Source: an uncultured Methylomirabilota bacterium | Lineage (GTDB): Bacteria > Methylomirabilota > Methylomirabilia > Methylomirabilales > 2-02-FULL-66-22 | Direction of reading: 5' to 3' | Length of the DNA stretch: 64,000 nt | Assembly: GCA_963705305.1 (NCBI GenBank) | Contig: OY970067.1 | Location: 2,624,001-2,688,000, forward strand | In this document: in pieces, positions 51,569 to 62,310 of the stretch | How the letters are laid out: each line of letters begins with the position of its first letter | How positions within the stretch are numbered: the stretch's first letter is position 1 | The notes under the pieces: generated by a model | The model's database searches: none | What the model was told of the DNA's origin: nothing | Seen by the model: the letters and a program-made list of their open reading frames with translations, nothing else | Made by a program: the position numbers and the translations under genes

Positions 51569-51880
51569 GTGTACGCCATCGTCGAGTCGGGGGGGAAGCA
51601 ATACCGGGTCGAGCCCGGGGTGATCGTGGATCTGGAGCGGATCCCGGGAGAGGTCGGCGCCCGGGTGGAGCTGGACCGGGTGCTGCTGGTTGCGGACGGG
51701 GGCACGGTGCGGGTGGGCCAGCCGACGCTGGCCGGCGCCAAGGTGCTCTCCGAGATCGTGGCCCAGGCCCGGGGCGAGAAGATCGACGTATTCAAGTTCA
51801 AGAAGCGGAAGAAGTATCGCCGCAAGACCGGACACCGCCAAGAGTTGACCAGGGTCCGGATTGCCGAGATCGTCGCCTGA
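51569..51880 (+). CDS. rplU: 50S ribosomal protein L21
   Basis: YAIVESGGKQYRV, GHRQ; GTG after AAGGAG. Confidence 0.97.
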   Translation: MYAIVESGGKQYRVEPGVIVDLERIPGEVGARVELDRVLLVADGGTVRVGQPTLAGAKVLSEIVAQARGEKIDVFKFKKRKKYRRKTGHRQELTRVRIAEIVA

Positions 51881-51931
51881 GAATGCAGCGCGGGCCGGGG
51901 CGCCAGCCTCGGCGCCGGTACGGAGGACGAG

Positions 51932-52186
51932 ATGGCGCACAAGAAGGGCGTGGGCAGCTCGCGGAACGGCCGGGATAGCGCCGGTCGCCGCCTGGGCATG
52001 AAGGCCTTTTCCGGCCAGACGGTCGGCGGGGGAAGCATCCTGGTTCGCCAGCGCGGGACCCGGTTCAAGCCGGGGAAGAACGTGGGGCGGGGCGGAGATG
52101 ACACCCTGTTTGCCAAGGTGTCTGGTGTGGTCAGTGTCGAGCAGCGGGGAGGCAACCGCTTCGTCTCCGTGACCCCTGCGGCCTGA
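51932..52186 (+). CDS. rpmA: 50S ribosomal protein L27
   Basis: [16 protein letters not shown]. Confidence 0.98.
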   Translation: MAHKKGVGSSRNGRDSAGRRLGMKAFSGQTVGGGSILVRQRGTRFKPGKNVGRGGDDTLFAKVSGVVSVEQRGGNRFVSVTPAA

Positions 52187-52268
52187 GCCGCACTCCCGTT
52201 GCCGATGGTGTGCGCGGACGTGACCGGCGATCTTCCCTGCCTCCACCCCCCTCTCTCTCCACGCCACA

Positions 52269-53303
52269 ATGTTTGTTGATATCGCCCGCATCGTCGTGCG
52301 GGCCGGGGACGGCGGCCGGGGCTGCGTGAGCTTCCGCCGCGAGAAGTACGTGCCCCGGGGCGGGCCGAACGGGGGCGACGGGGGCGACGGGGGCAGCATC
52401 TTCATCGAGGCCAGCCGCTCGTTCCGGACGCTCATCGACCAGAAGTACCAGCAGCTCTACCGGGCCAAGCGCGGCGAGCACGGACGAGGCAAAGAGCAGC
52501 ACGGTGCCCGCGGCGGGGATCTGCTCGTCAAGGTCCCCCTGGGGACGGTCGTGCGCGATGCCGAGACGGGCGAGCAGCTGGCGGACCTGATGCAGGAGGG
52601 CCAACGATTCCTGGCGGCCCGCGGCGGCCGCGGCGGCCGCGGGAACGCCCGCTTCGCCACGCCCACGCGCCGCGCGCCCCGCATCGCCGATCCCGGGACC
52701 CCGGGGGAGGCGCGCAGCCTCGTGCTGGAGATGAAACTCATCGCCAACGTCGGGCTGGTGGGGCTCCCCAATGCGGGGAAGTCCTCTCTCCTGGCGGCCT
52801 GCTCGGCCGCCCGGCCCAAGATTGCTGCCTACCCCTTCACGACCCTGACCCCGAACCTGGGCGTGGTGAACATCCCGCCGTTCGGCGGGTTCGTGGTGGC
52901 CGACATCCCCGGCCTGATCGAGGGGGCGGCCGAGGGGGCGGGGCTGGGGATCCAGTTCCTGCGCCACATCGAGCGCACCCGCCTCCTGGTCCACGTGGTG
53001 GATGTCTCCGGGCCGGCGGGGGATCCCGCGGCGGCGCTGGAGACGGTGGAGCGGGAGCTGAATGCCTACCGTCCCGCCTTGCTGTCTCTCCCGCGCATTC
53101 TGGCGGCCAACAAGACGGACCTGCCGCACGCCGCGGGGTTGGCCCAGGCCAGGCGGTGGGGGGCCGCCCGCGGGATCGAGGTCGTCTCGGTCTCGGCTCT
53201 GACGACCGAGGGGGTCCCGGCCCTGGTGGAGATGATTGCCGCCAGGCTCCGGACAGCGCAGGGGGCAGTCGATGAGCTCGCGAAAGCCGCCCCCGCCCGG
53301 TAG
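52269..53303 (+). CDS. obgE: GTPase ObgE
   Basis: FRREKYVPRGGPNGGDGG, GLPNAGKS, YPFTT, DIPG, NKTD. Confidence 0.97.
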   Translation: MFVDIARIVVRAGDGGRGCVSFRREKYVPRGGPNGGDGGDGGSIFIEASRSFRTLIDQKYQQLYRAKRGEHGRGKEQHGARGGDLLVKVPLGTVVRDAETGEQLADLMQEGQRFLAARGGRGGRGNARFATPTRRAPRIADPGTPGEARSLVLEMKLIANVGLVGLPNAGKSSLLAACSAARPKIAAYPFTTLTPNLGVVNIPPFGGFVVADIPGLIEGAAEGAGLGIQFLRHIERTRLLVHVVDVSGPAGDPAAALETVERELNAYRPALLSLPRILAANKTDLPHAAGLAQARRWGAARGIEVVSVSALTTEGVPALVEMIAARLRTAQGAVDELAKAAPAR

Positions 53304-54429
53304 CCGGGCGGAGTGGCTGGCCCGGCCGAGGCGGATCGTCGTCAAGGTGGGCTCGGGCGTCCTGGCCCGTGGTGGGCTCGGGCTGGACCGGCCGACCATC
53401 GGCGCGCTGGCCACGGCGCTGGCCGGGCTGCATGCTCGGGGGGTCGAGACCATCCTGGTCTCCTCGGGCGCCATCCTGGCCGGGATGGAGGCGCTGGGAC
53501 TCCGGCAGCGACCGCGCGAACTGCCCCTGAAGCAGGCCGCGGCGGCGGTGGGGCAGAGCCACCTCATGCGGGCCTACGAGGAGGCGTTTCAGCCCTGCGG
53601 GCGGCGCGTCGCGCAGATCCTGCTCACCCGCGAGGACCTGCGGCACCGGGGACGCTACCTGAACGCGCGCAACACGCTGTTCACGCTGCTGGGCCTGCAG
53701 GTGGTCCCCATCGTCAACGAGAACGACACGGTGGCGGTGCAGGAGATCCAGTTCGGAGACAACGACACGCTGTCAGCGCTGGTGGCGCACATGGCCGACG
53801 CGGACCTGCTGGTGATCCTCACGGACATCGAGGGCCTGTACACGGCCGACCCGCACCGCTCCAACACGGCCGAGTTGATCCGCCTGGTCCGCCCCCAGGA
53901 TGCAGTGGGGGCGTTCTGCGCCGAGAACACCGGGAGCGCGGCCAGCATCGGGGGGATGAGCACCAAGGTCCTGGCGGCCCGGCGTGCGGCCATGGCGGGC
54001 ATTCCCACCGTGGTGGCCGACGGCGTGCGGCCCGGGGTGCTGGAGGAGATCCTGCGGGGGGGGGAGGTGGGCACGTTCTTCATGCCCTCGCGCAGCCGCA
54101 TGCGCAGCCGCCAGCGCTGGCTGGCGTTTGCCAGCGTCCCCCGGGGTGGGATCGTGGTGGATGATGGGGCCAAGCGGGCGCTGATCACGGGCAACAAGAG
54201 CCTCCTGCCCTCGGGCATCCGCGCAACGCAGCGGAGCTTCCGCGCCGGAGACGTGGTGAGCCTGGTGGACGCCCGCAACCGGGAGTTCGCCCGGGGCCTG
54301 GTCAACTACGGCCGCGAGGAGGTGGACAAGATCAAGGGGCTGCACTCCCACGAGATCGCGGGGGTCCTGGGGAGCAAGCCCTACGACGAGGTGATCCACC
54401 GGGACAACCTCGTGATCGTGGAGCCCTGA
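53272..54429 (+). CDS. proB: Glutamate 5-kinase
   Basis: VVKVGS, NENDTV, FGDNDTLS, GGMSTK, PUA domain, IHRDNL. Confidence 0.96.
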   Translation: MSSRKPPPPGSRAEWLARPRRIVVKVGSGVLARGGLGLDRPTIGALATALAGLHARGVETILVSSGAILAGMEALGLRQRPRELPLKQAAAAVGQSHLMRAYEEAFQPCGRRVAQILLTREDLRHRGRYLNARNTLFTLLGLQVVPIVNENDTVAVQEIQFGDNDTLSALVAHMADADLLVILTDIEGLYTADPHRSNTAELIRLVRPQDAVGAFCAENTGSAASIGGMSTKVLAARRAAMAGIPTVVADGVRPGVLEEILRGGEVGTFFMPSRSRMRSRQRWLAFASVPRGGIVVDDGAKRALITGNKSLLPSGIRATQRSFRAGDVVSLVDARNREFARGLVNYGREEVDKIKGLHSHEIAGVLGSKPYDEVIHRDNLVIVEP

Positions 54430-54515
54430 GACGCCCTTCCCGGCCTATCCCGTCGGCAGAGGGACGGTGGGCGCACGGATCCGCGCCTGGGCCGGCCCGG
54501 GCGGTGAGGTGACCT

Positions 54516-55778
54516 ATGGCGGCTTTCGACATCCAGGCCATGGCCCGCGAGGCGCGGGCCGCCAGCCAGGCATTGGCCCGCGCCACGGGGGCGACCAAGA
54601 ACGCGGCCCTGCAGGCCATGGCGGCGGGCCTGCTGGAGGGCTGCGGACAGATTCTCGCCGCCAACGCGGAGGACGTGGCGGCAGCCCGCGCCGCCGGCCA
54701 GCCTTCGGCGTTCGTGGATCGGCTGACCCTCACGGAGCAGCGGGTGGAGGCCATGGCGCGGGGGGTACGCCAGGTGGCGGACCTGCCCGACCCGGTGGGG
54801 GAGATCCCGGGGATGTGGCGGCGTCCGAACGGCCTCCTGGTGGGGCGGATGCGGGTCCCCCTGGGGGTGATCGGGATCATCTACGAATCGCGCCCCAACG
54901 TCACCGCCGACGCCGCCGCGTTGTGCCTCAAGTCCGGGAACGCCGTGATCTTGCGCGGGGGCCGGGAGGCGCTCGCCTCCAACCAGGCCATCGCCAAGGT
55001 CTTGGCGGCGGCCGTCTCCTCGGTGGGGCTCCCGCCGGCCTGCCTGGCCGTGATCCCCTCCCCCGACCGGGCGGTGGTGCAGGAGTTGCTTCGCCTGCAC
55101 GGCCTGATCGACCTCGTCATTCCCCGGGGGGGCGAGGCGCTGATCCGGGCGGTGCGCGAAGGGTCCCAGATCCCGGTGCTGGCCCACGACAAGGGGCTGT
55201 GCCATACCTACGTGGACGAGGCCGCGGATCTTGCCATGGCGGCCGAGATCGCCCTCAACGCCAAGGTGGAGCGGCCCGGCGTGTGCAACGCCATGGAGAC
55301 GCTGCTGGTCCACGCGGGGGTGGCCGAGGCGTTCCTGCCGGGGCTGGTGGCGCGGCTGCAGCAAGCGGGGGTGGAGGTGCGAGGCTGCTCCCGCACGCAG
55401 CAGATGGCGGCGGGGGTGCGGGCGGCTACCGAGGCGGACTGGGACACGGAATACCTGGATCTGACGCTCTCCATCCGGGTGGTGGACAGCTTCGCGGAGG
55501 CAGTCGCCCACATCGCGCGCCACGGGTCGGGGCTGGCCGAGGCCATCGTCACCCGCGATCAGGGGCGGGCCATGCGGTTCCTGCGCGAGGTGGACGCCGG
55601 GGCCGTGTTCGTCAACGCCTCCACCCGATTCACCGACGGATACGAGTTCGGGATGGGGGCGGAGATGGGCATCAGCACGCAAAAGCTGCACGCCCGCGGT
55701 CCGGTGGGTTTGAGCGAGCTCACCTGTCAGAAGTTCATCGTCCTGGGAGAGGGGCAGGTTCGCGACTCCCGGGCCTAA
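54516..55778 (+). CDS. proA: Gamma-glutamyl phosphate reductase
   Basis: GVIGIIYESRPNVT, CNAMET, NASTRFTDG, STQKLHARGPVG. Confidence 0.97.
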   Translation: MAAFDIQAMAREARAASQALARATGATKNAALQAMAAGLLEGCGQILAANAEDVAAARAAGQPSAFVDRLTLTEQRVEAMARGVRQVADLPDPVGEIPGMWRRPNGLLVGRMRVPLGVIGIIYESRPNVTADAAALCLKSGNAVILRGGREALASNQAIAKVLAAAVSSVGLPPACLAVIPSPDRAVVQELLRLHGLIDLVIPRGGEALIRAVREGSQIPVLAHDKGLCHTYVDEAADLAMAAEIALNAKVERPGVCNAMETLLVHAGVAEAFLPGLVARLQQAGVEVRGCSRTQQMAAGVRAATEADWDTEYLDLTLSIRVVDSFAEAVAHIARHGSGLAEAIVTRDQGRAMRFLREVDAGAVFVNASTRFTDGYEFGMGAEMGISTQKLHARGPVGLSELTCQKFIVLGEGQVRDSRA

Positions 55779-55831
55779 CGGTGCGCCGCGTGCCGGAGGC
55801 AGCGCGCCGGCACCCGCACCCCGGAGATACC

Positions 55832-56527
55832 ATGCGCCTCGGCATCATGGGCGGGACATTCGACCCCATTCACCTCGGCCACCTCCGCGCGGCGGAGGAG
55901 ATCCATTGGGCCTTCGGCCTGGAGCGGATCGTCTTCGTGCCGGCGGCCCGCCCGCCCCACAAGGAGGAGGCGGTGGCGGCCTCCCCCCTGCACCGGTACG
56001 AGATGGTGTCCCTGGCCACCGTGTTCACCCCCTATTTCACCGTCTCCCCCATCGAGCTCCAGCGGGCCGGGAAATCCTACTCGGTGGAGACGGTGCGGGA
56101 GTTTCAGAAGCAGTCGGGTCCTGCCACCCGACTCTACTTCATCGTCGGAGTGGATGCCTTCCTGGAGATGTCGGAGTGGCGGGAGGCCAAGGAGCTGCTC
56201 GACCTCACCCAGGTCATCGTGACCGCGCGGCCGGGCTGGCGGCTGGACCAGGTGGAGCAGCTGCTCAGGCCGGCGCAGCGGCGCGTGCTCGGAGATCCCA
56301 CCTTCACCTACCTGAAGGTGGGGGACATCGACCTGGAGCGGTTCGAGCGCGAGGTCGTCCCGCGGCAGGTCCTGCTGGTGGAGGTCGTCTCGCTGGACAT
56401 CGCCTCGCGGGATATCCGGCACCTGGTCGAGGAGGGGCGGAGCATCCGCCACCTCGTCCCGGACACCGTGGCGGCCTACATGGCAAAGAACCGGCTTTAC
56501 CAGCGAGCCGCGGCGGCTCGGGCGTAG
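55832..56527 (+). CDS. nadD: Nicotinate-nucleotide adenylyltransferase
   Basis: GGTFDPIHLGHL, PPHK, SYSVET, IVGVD. Confidence 0.95.
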   Translation: MRLGIMGGTFDPIHLGHLRAAEEIHWAFGLERIVFVPAARPPHKEEAVAASPLHRYEMVSLATVFTPYFTVSPIELQRAGKSYSVETVREFQKQSGPATRLYFIVGVDAFLEMSEWREAKELLDLTQVIVTARPGWRLDQVEQLLRPAQRRVLGDPTFTYLKVGDIDLERFEREVVPRQVLLVEVVSLDIASRDIRHLVEEGRSIRHLVPDTVAAYMAKNRLYQRAAAARA

Positions 56528-56607
56528 GTACCGGGGATCGAGGCGCCGTTTGGGACTTGGAGGGGGGCGGCCGGCGCGAGCCCTCAGAGTGAAAAGGAGG
56601 AGGAGCC

Positions 56608-56952
56608 ATCGACTCGAGTGAGGTGGTGCGCTGGGCGGCGGACGCGGCCGCGGCAGTCAAACCGAGCTACTTGGCGATCCTGGATCTGCGGGGCCTGTGT
56701 GCGTTCACCGATCACTTCCTGATTGCCAGCGCCGCGTCCGCGCGGCAAGTGCGGGCCATCGCGGAGCGAATCGAGGAGCGGCTGGAGCGCGCTCATGTGC
56801 CCATGTCCCATCGCGAGGGGGTGGGCGAGGCCCAATGGATTTTGCTTGACTACCATGATGTCATCATTCATATTTTCGAAGACCAAACGCGCGAATTCTA
56901 TGATTTGGAGCGCCTTTGGGGGGATGCGCCGAAAGAACAGCTTCTGGGTTGA
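56608..56952 (+). CDS. rsfS: Ribosome silencing factor (possible ATC start; first canonical start is GTG at 56623)
   Basis: ILDLRG..FTDHFLIAS, RQVRAIA, WILLDYHDVIIHIF, FYDLERLW; follows nadD. Confidence 0.93.
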   Translation: MDSSEVVRWAADAAAAVKPSYLAILDLRGLCAFTDHFLIASAASARQVRAIAERIEERLERAHVPMSHREGVGEAQWILLDYHDVIIHIFEDQTREFYDLERLWGDAPKEQLLG

Positions 56953-57250
56953 GTTCTGATCCGGGTCACATTCGATTCGCAGCCGCTGCACCACGCGGCT
57001 TTTCCTAAACCTCGCGGAGCTTGGGCCACCGCCGCCCTTCCGCGAGGATTTCTTATTCCGGGTTTTGGGAGGGGGGCGCCCGCAGCGGGGAGAGGGTTCG
57101 GAGGGTCGTACGAGCCCCCTAAGAGGCGTCGGGGAGGCGCGCGTTGCGCGTTCACGCAGGTTGAGGAGACGGCGCATCCTGGGGCAGCATGCCGCTGATG
57201 GGCCCTCACGGGGCGGCATTCGGGCCGTCCCGGCCATGGGAGGGATGAGG

Positions 57251-57622
57251 ATGTCTGTGAAGGGAGTCAAGCTGGAGAAGTTCAAGCAGGTGCTGCTGGC
57301 CAAGCGGAGAACGCTGCTGAGCGGCGTCCAAGGGTCCAAGGCCAAGAGTCTGGAGGCCAGCAGCAGCGACGGAATCCAGGATATTGCGGATCAGGCCAGC
57401 AGCGCCTACACCAAAGAGTTCCTGCTGTCCATCGGCGACACGGAGCGCCGGATGCTGGCCCAGGTCGATGAGGCCCTGGAGAAGATTCGCCAGGAGACCT
57501 ACGGGCTGTGCGAAGTTTGCGGGGAGATGATCGGGGAGCGCCGGCTGGAGGCCTTGCCGTTTGCCAAGCTGTGCATCAACTGCCAGGAAGAGGAGGAAGA
57601 GCGGGCCAAGGCTGGTCGTTGA
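57251..57622 (+). CDS. dksA: DksA/TraR C4-type zinc finger protein
   Basis: DIADQAS coiled-coil tip; YGLCEVCGE..RLEALP..CINCQ. Confidence 0.8.
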   Translation: MSVKGVKLEKFKQVLLAKRRTLLSGVQGSKAKSLEASSSDGIQDIADQASSAYTKEFLLSIGDTERRMLAQVDEALEKIRQETYGLCEVCGEMIGERRLEALPFAKLCINCQEEEEERAKAGR

Positions 57623-57894
57623 TCCCGCACAGCGGCCCCATCTGACCCGCCGATTCTATGACGACTTCCTGGGGCGATCCCGAGTTCGTTTCTCGGAGGC
57701 CCCGCGTCCGCGGGTCCGCTCGGCCCCCGATTTTCTTCCCGAGCTTCCGCGGGTGCGACGTCACGCCGCTCCCGCCGCCGCTGCAGACTTCCCTCCAGCG
57801 CAACCGCTGCGCGGCGCCGGGCTCGAAACCGCGCATGCCGGTCCACCCGATTCCCCGCCTTTCCGTCGGGCGAGTGTCCGACCGCGTCTTCAGG

Positions 57895-60396
57895 ATGCTC
57901 CTCTGCCTGTGGGGCATGGGGTGGCTCGCCCTCGCGTCCGCGCCGGCCTGGGCGCAGAGCGGAGAGGAGGGCGCCTCCGTAGGGAACCAGATCTTCATCT
58001 GGCTGGCCCGCCTGGATGATCTGGCCCACGACCCCTCGATGCTCTGGTACGCCGGGTCGGCGGCCGCCGGCGTGGCCATTCTCTGGACCCTGTTTCAGAT
58101 CCCCCGCCTGTTGCGATGGAGTCGTGGGGGCGCCCAGCCTGCGTTTTCCCGCTCGCAGACGCGCCGGGAGGCCAAGCGCGCGGCCCGCCGCGGCGATTAC
58201 ATCGGTGCCGGACGGTTCTACGAGGCGGCGGAGGACTGGTCGGCGGCGGCCGAAGCCTACGAACAGGGGCGAGCCCTGGGGGAGGCCGCCGGTGTCTGGG
58301 CCCGACAGAGCCAGTGGGCCAAGGCGGCGCGCCTCTACGAGCAGGGGGGAGACGTGTTCCAAGCCGCGGAGATGTACGCGCGCCTCGGGAATTTCCTGAA
58401 GGCCTCCGCGCTGTACCAGAAGGTGGGCGACGACGGCCGGGCCGCCGAGGCCGCCGAGCGGGCGGGTGATCTGGAGAGGGCGGCCACGCTGTATGTGCGC
58501 GCCGAGGCATTCGACCGGGCCGCTGAGCTTTACAGCCAGATAGGTCAGCCCAGCCAGGCGGCCGAGCTCTTCGAGCGCTGGCTGACTCGCCAGCGCCTGC
58601 GCATGGAGGCGGGCCATACGGCCGAGAGCCTGCGCGTGCGGCAGACCGTCGCTCGCCGGTGCGCCGACCTGTACGCCAACTCCGGGCAGCCCGAGAAGGC
58701 GGCACGCGCCCTCCAGCAGACCGGGCTGGAGGCGGATGCGGGGGAGCAGTTCTGCCTGGCGGGAGACTGGGAGACGGGGCTCGATCTGCTCCTGCGCCAC
58801 CGGGCTTATGACCGAGCGGTCGCCTTGTGCCGCGCCCACGGTCTGGAGCGGCGGCTACACGTCGTCCAGGGGGAGAGGCTGGCCGCGGAGGGGGCCGAGG
58901 CGGCGGCCGCCCGCGAGTTCGAGGCGGGGGAGCTGTGGTGGCGGGCCGCGGAGATGTACGAGCGGGTTCGAGATTATCCCAAGGCGGCGGAGATGCAGAG
59001 CCGTCACGGGGACTATGGGCGGGCGGCCGAGATGCTGGCGGCCGCCAAGCGGCCGGCCGAGGCGGCGGCGGCGCTGGAGCGGGCCGGCAAGCGACGGGAG
59101 GCGGCTGAATACTACCAGCGGGCCGGGGCTCCCCGCGAAGCGGCGCGGGTGCTGCGGGAGGTGGGCGACTTCTACGGGGCGGGGATGCTTTTGCTCCAGG
59201 CAAAGTCGACGGATGAGGCGATGGTCCTGCTGCAGCAGGTGGGACCGGAATCCAAGCGGTACCTGGAGGCCACCGTCGCCCTGGGCGACCTGTTTTTGCA
59301 GCGCGGCATGGACGGGCCGGCGCGGGAGAAGTTCGAGAAGGCGACGGCGATGCGGCCGATTGCGCCGGACTTCGTCCATCCCACCTATCAGCTGGCCGCG
59401 ATCCACGAGCGCCAGGGAAACCTGCCGGAGGCGCTCCGACTGCTGGAAAAGGTCGTGGCGGAGCAGTTCGACTTCCGGGACGTGCAGGCGCGCATCACCC
59501 GACTGCGCGAGCGCCTGGCGCCGGCCGGGGCTCCGGGGGGCGAGGCCACCCAGGTCGTCAGCCCTTCCAGCCGGGCGCGCTATCGCATCGTCAAGGAGCT
59601 GGGCCGCGGCGGCATGGGGATCGTCTATCGGGCGGAGGACGAGGTCCTGCAGCGGACGGTGGCCTACAAGGTGCTGCCCGATGCCATTCGGGAAGATCCC
59701 AAGGCGCTGGAGGCATTCTTCCGCGAGGCCCGCATCGCCGCCTCCCTGCACCACCCCAACATCGTCACCATCTTCGACGCCGGGCAGTCGGCCGACGAGG
59801 TCTACATCGCCATGGAGTACGTGGAGGGCCGCTCGCTCCAGGAGATTCTGGAGGAGGCGGGGGCCCTGCCGCTGCCGCAGGCGGTGAAGATGTTCCGGCA
59901 AGCCTGTCAGAGCCTGGCCCACGCCCACGGCCAGAAGATCGTCCACCGGGATGTGAAGCCCGGCAACATGATGATCACCCGCGACGGGATCGTGAAGTTG
60001 ATGGACTTCGGCCTGGCCGCGGTGGTCACCCAGGCCACGGCCAAGGTGACCTCGGTGCGGGGAACCCCCTACTACATGGCCCCCGAGCAGATCATGGGCG
60101 AGCCCATCTCGGCATTGTCGGATCAGTATTCCCTGGGGTGCACCCTCTACCACATGGTCGCCGGCCACCCGCCATTCGTGGACGGCGACGTGCTGTACCA
60201 CCACATCCATACCCCCCCCGTGCCGGCGCGAGAGCAGAACGCCAAGGTCCCGAAGTGGCTGGATGCGGTCATCCTGCGAACCATGGCCAAGCGCCCGGAG
60301 CGGCGGTTTTCGTCGGTGGCGTCCCTGCTGCAGAATATGGATACCTTCCTGAACAGCCTCCGGCTGGAACCCCAGAGCGGTGAGCGCACCCCATGA
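57895..60396 (+). CDS. Membrane-anchored TPR/SNAP-like repeat protein with C-terminal Hanks Ser/Thr kinase
   Basis: Signal-like and TM segments; repeated AAExY/F helices; GRGGMG, VAYK, HRDVKPGN, DFG, APE; start uncertain. Confidence 0.87.
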   Translation: MLLCLWGMGWLALASAPAWAQSGEEGASVGNQIFIWLARLDDLAHDPSMLWYAGSAAAGVAILWTLFQIPRLLRWSRGGAQPAFSRSQTRREAKRAARRGDYIGAGRFYEAAEDWSAAAEAYEQGRALGEAAGVWARQSQWAKAARLYEQGGDVFQAAEMYARLGNFLKASALYQKVGDDGRAAEAAERAGDLERAATLYVRAEAFDRAAELYSQIGQPSQAAELFERWLTRQRLRMEAGHTAESLRVRQTVARRCADLYANSGQPEKAARALQQTGLEADAGEQFCLAGDWETGLDLLLRHRAYDRAVALCRAHGLERRLHVVQGERLAAEGAEAAAAREFEAGELWWRAAEMYERVRDYPKAAEMQSRHGDYGRAAEMLAAAKRPAEAAAALERAGKRREAAEYYQRAGAPREAARVLREVGDFYGAGMLLLQAKSTDEAMVLLQQVGPESKRYLEATVALGDLFLQRGMDGPAREKFEKATAMRPIAPDFVHPTYQLAAIHERQGNLPEALRLLEKVVAEQFDFRDVQARITRLRERLAPAGAPGGEATQVVSPSSRARYRIVKELGRGGMGIVYRAEDEVLQRTVAYKVLPDAIREDPKALEAFFREARIAASLHHPNIVTIFDAGQSADEVYIAMEYVEGRSLQEILEEAGALPLPQAVKMFRQACQSLAHAHGQKIVHRDVKPGNMMITRDGIVKLMDFGLAAVVTQATAKVTSVRGTPYYMAPEQIMGEPISALSDQYSLGCTLYHMVAGHPPFVDGDVLYHHIHTPPVPAREQNAKVPKWLDAVILRTMAKRPERRFSSVASLLQNMDTFLNSLRLEPQSGERTP

Positions 60397-61007
60397 CGGT
60401 CCGCCCGGTCCGCGCCCGCTGCGGCTGGTCGTTTCCGGCCCCGGCGGCCGCCGTCGGGACCACACGCCCTCTCTGCCAACGCTGCCGCACCGCCCGGGAC
60501 TGGTTCCAGGTCGCCCGGGCTGCGCTCTGCTATGGCGAGGGCGGCGTGGCGCGGGAGGTTATCCTCTTTTGCAAGCACGGCAGACAGCTGCCCATGCTGC
60601 GACAGCTCGGGGATCTCCTGGCCGAGGAGGCCCAGTTGCGTCTGCACCTCGAGGAGTGGGAGGCCCTGGTCCCCGTGCCGCTGCACTGGTCCCGGCGCTG
60701 GCGGCGGGGCTTCAACTAGGCGGAGATTCTGGCCCGGGCGGTCGGCCGCCGCCACGGGTTGCCCGTGCTCCGACGGGCCCTCCGGCGGGTGCGCGCGACC
60801 GCGCCCCAGCAGGGGGATTACGCCGCCAGACGGCAAAACGTCCGCGATGCCTTCGCGGTGCGCGCACCCCGGCGGGTGGTGGGGCGGCGGCTGCTCCTGG
60901 TGGACGACGTCTTCACGACCGGAGCCACGGCGAACGCCTGCGCGCGGACCTTGCGCCGGGCCGGCGTCGCCGCCGTCGGCGTGCTTACCCTGGCCCGGGT
61001 GGAGTGA
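60393..61007 (+). pseudogene. comF: ComF-family phosphoribosyltransferase, disrupted
   Basis: LVPVPLH..RRGFN* with TAG at 60717-60719 where Q is expected; reading continues in frame to RRQNVRDAF and LLVDDVFTTGAT. Confidence 0.85.
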
Positions 61008-61074
61008 GTTGCGGGAGGCGGAAATCGGGGGCTGCAGCGGGGCGAAGCGGACCCTCCCCGCCGGCCGTTGGTAT

Positions 61075-61103
61075 TTGACATTTCCCGGCGCTTCCTCTAC
61101 CAT
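61075..61103 (+). promoter_or_regulatory. sigma70 promoter of the gap operon
   Basis: TTGACA-N17-TACCAT. Confidence 0.7.
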
Positions 61104-61181
61104 GAGAAATCGGTCAGATCGGAGGCTGCGGCCATCCCCCGCACCGTGCGGGGATTTCGTTTTTCCACGTCAAGGAACTGA

Positions 61182-62198
<1,017 letters not shown>

Positions 62199-62310
62199 TC
62201 GCCCGGCCCCGCGTGGCCCGACCCTGGGGTGCGGCCTCGGGAGGCGGCCCCGGGTCCCCGGGTGCGTTCGGCGGCCCGCGCTCCGGCCGGCGAGAAGGAA
62301 GGATGGCGCC

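Noticed and set aside
56550..57135. REP-like GGAGGGGGGCG words flanking rsfS, and a GTAG-led word near 49861
   Set aside because: Too short and degenerate to call from this window alone
60717..60719. TAG recoding (Gln or pyrrolysine) in comF
   Set aside because: Many intact genes in the window end in TAG, no pyl genes are seen, and comF shows other signs of decay
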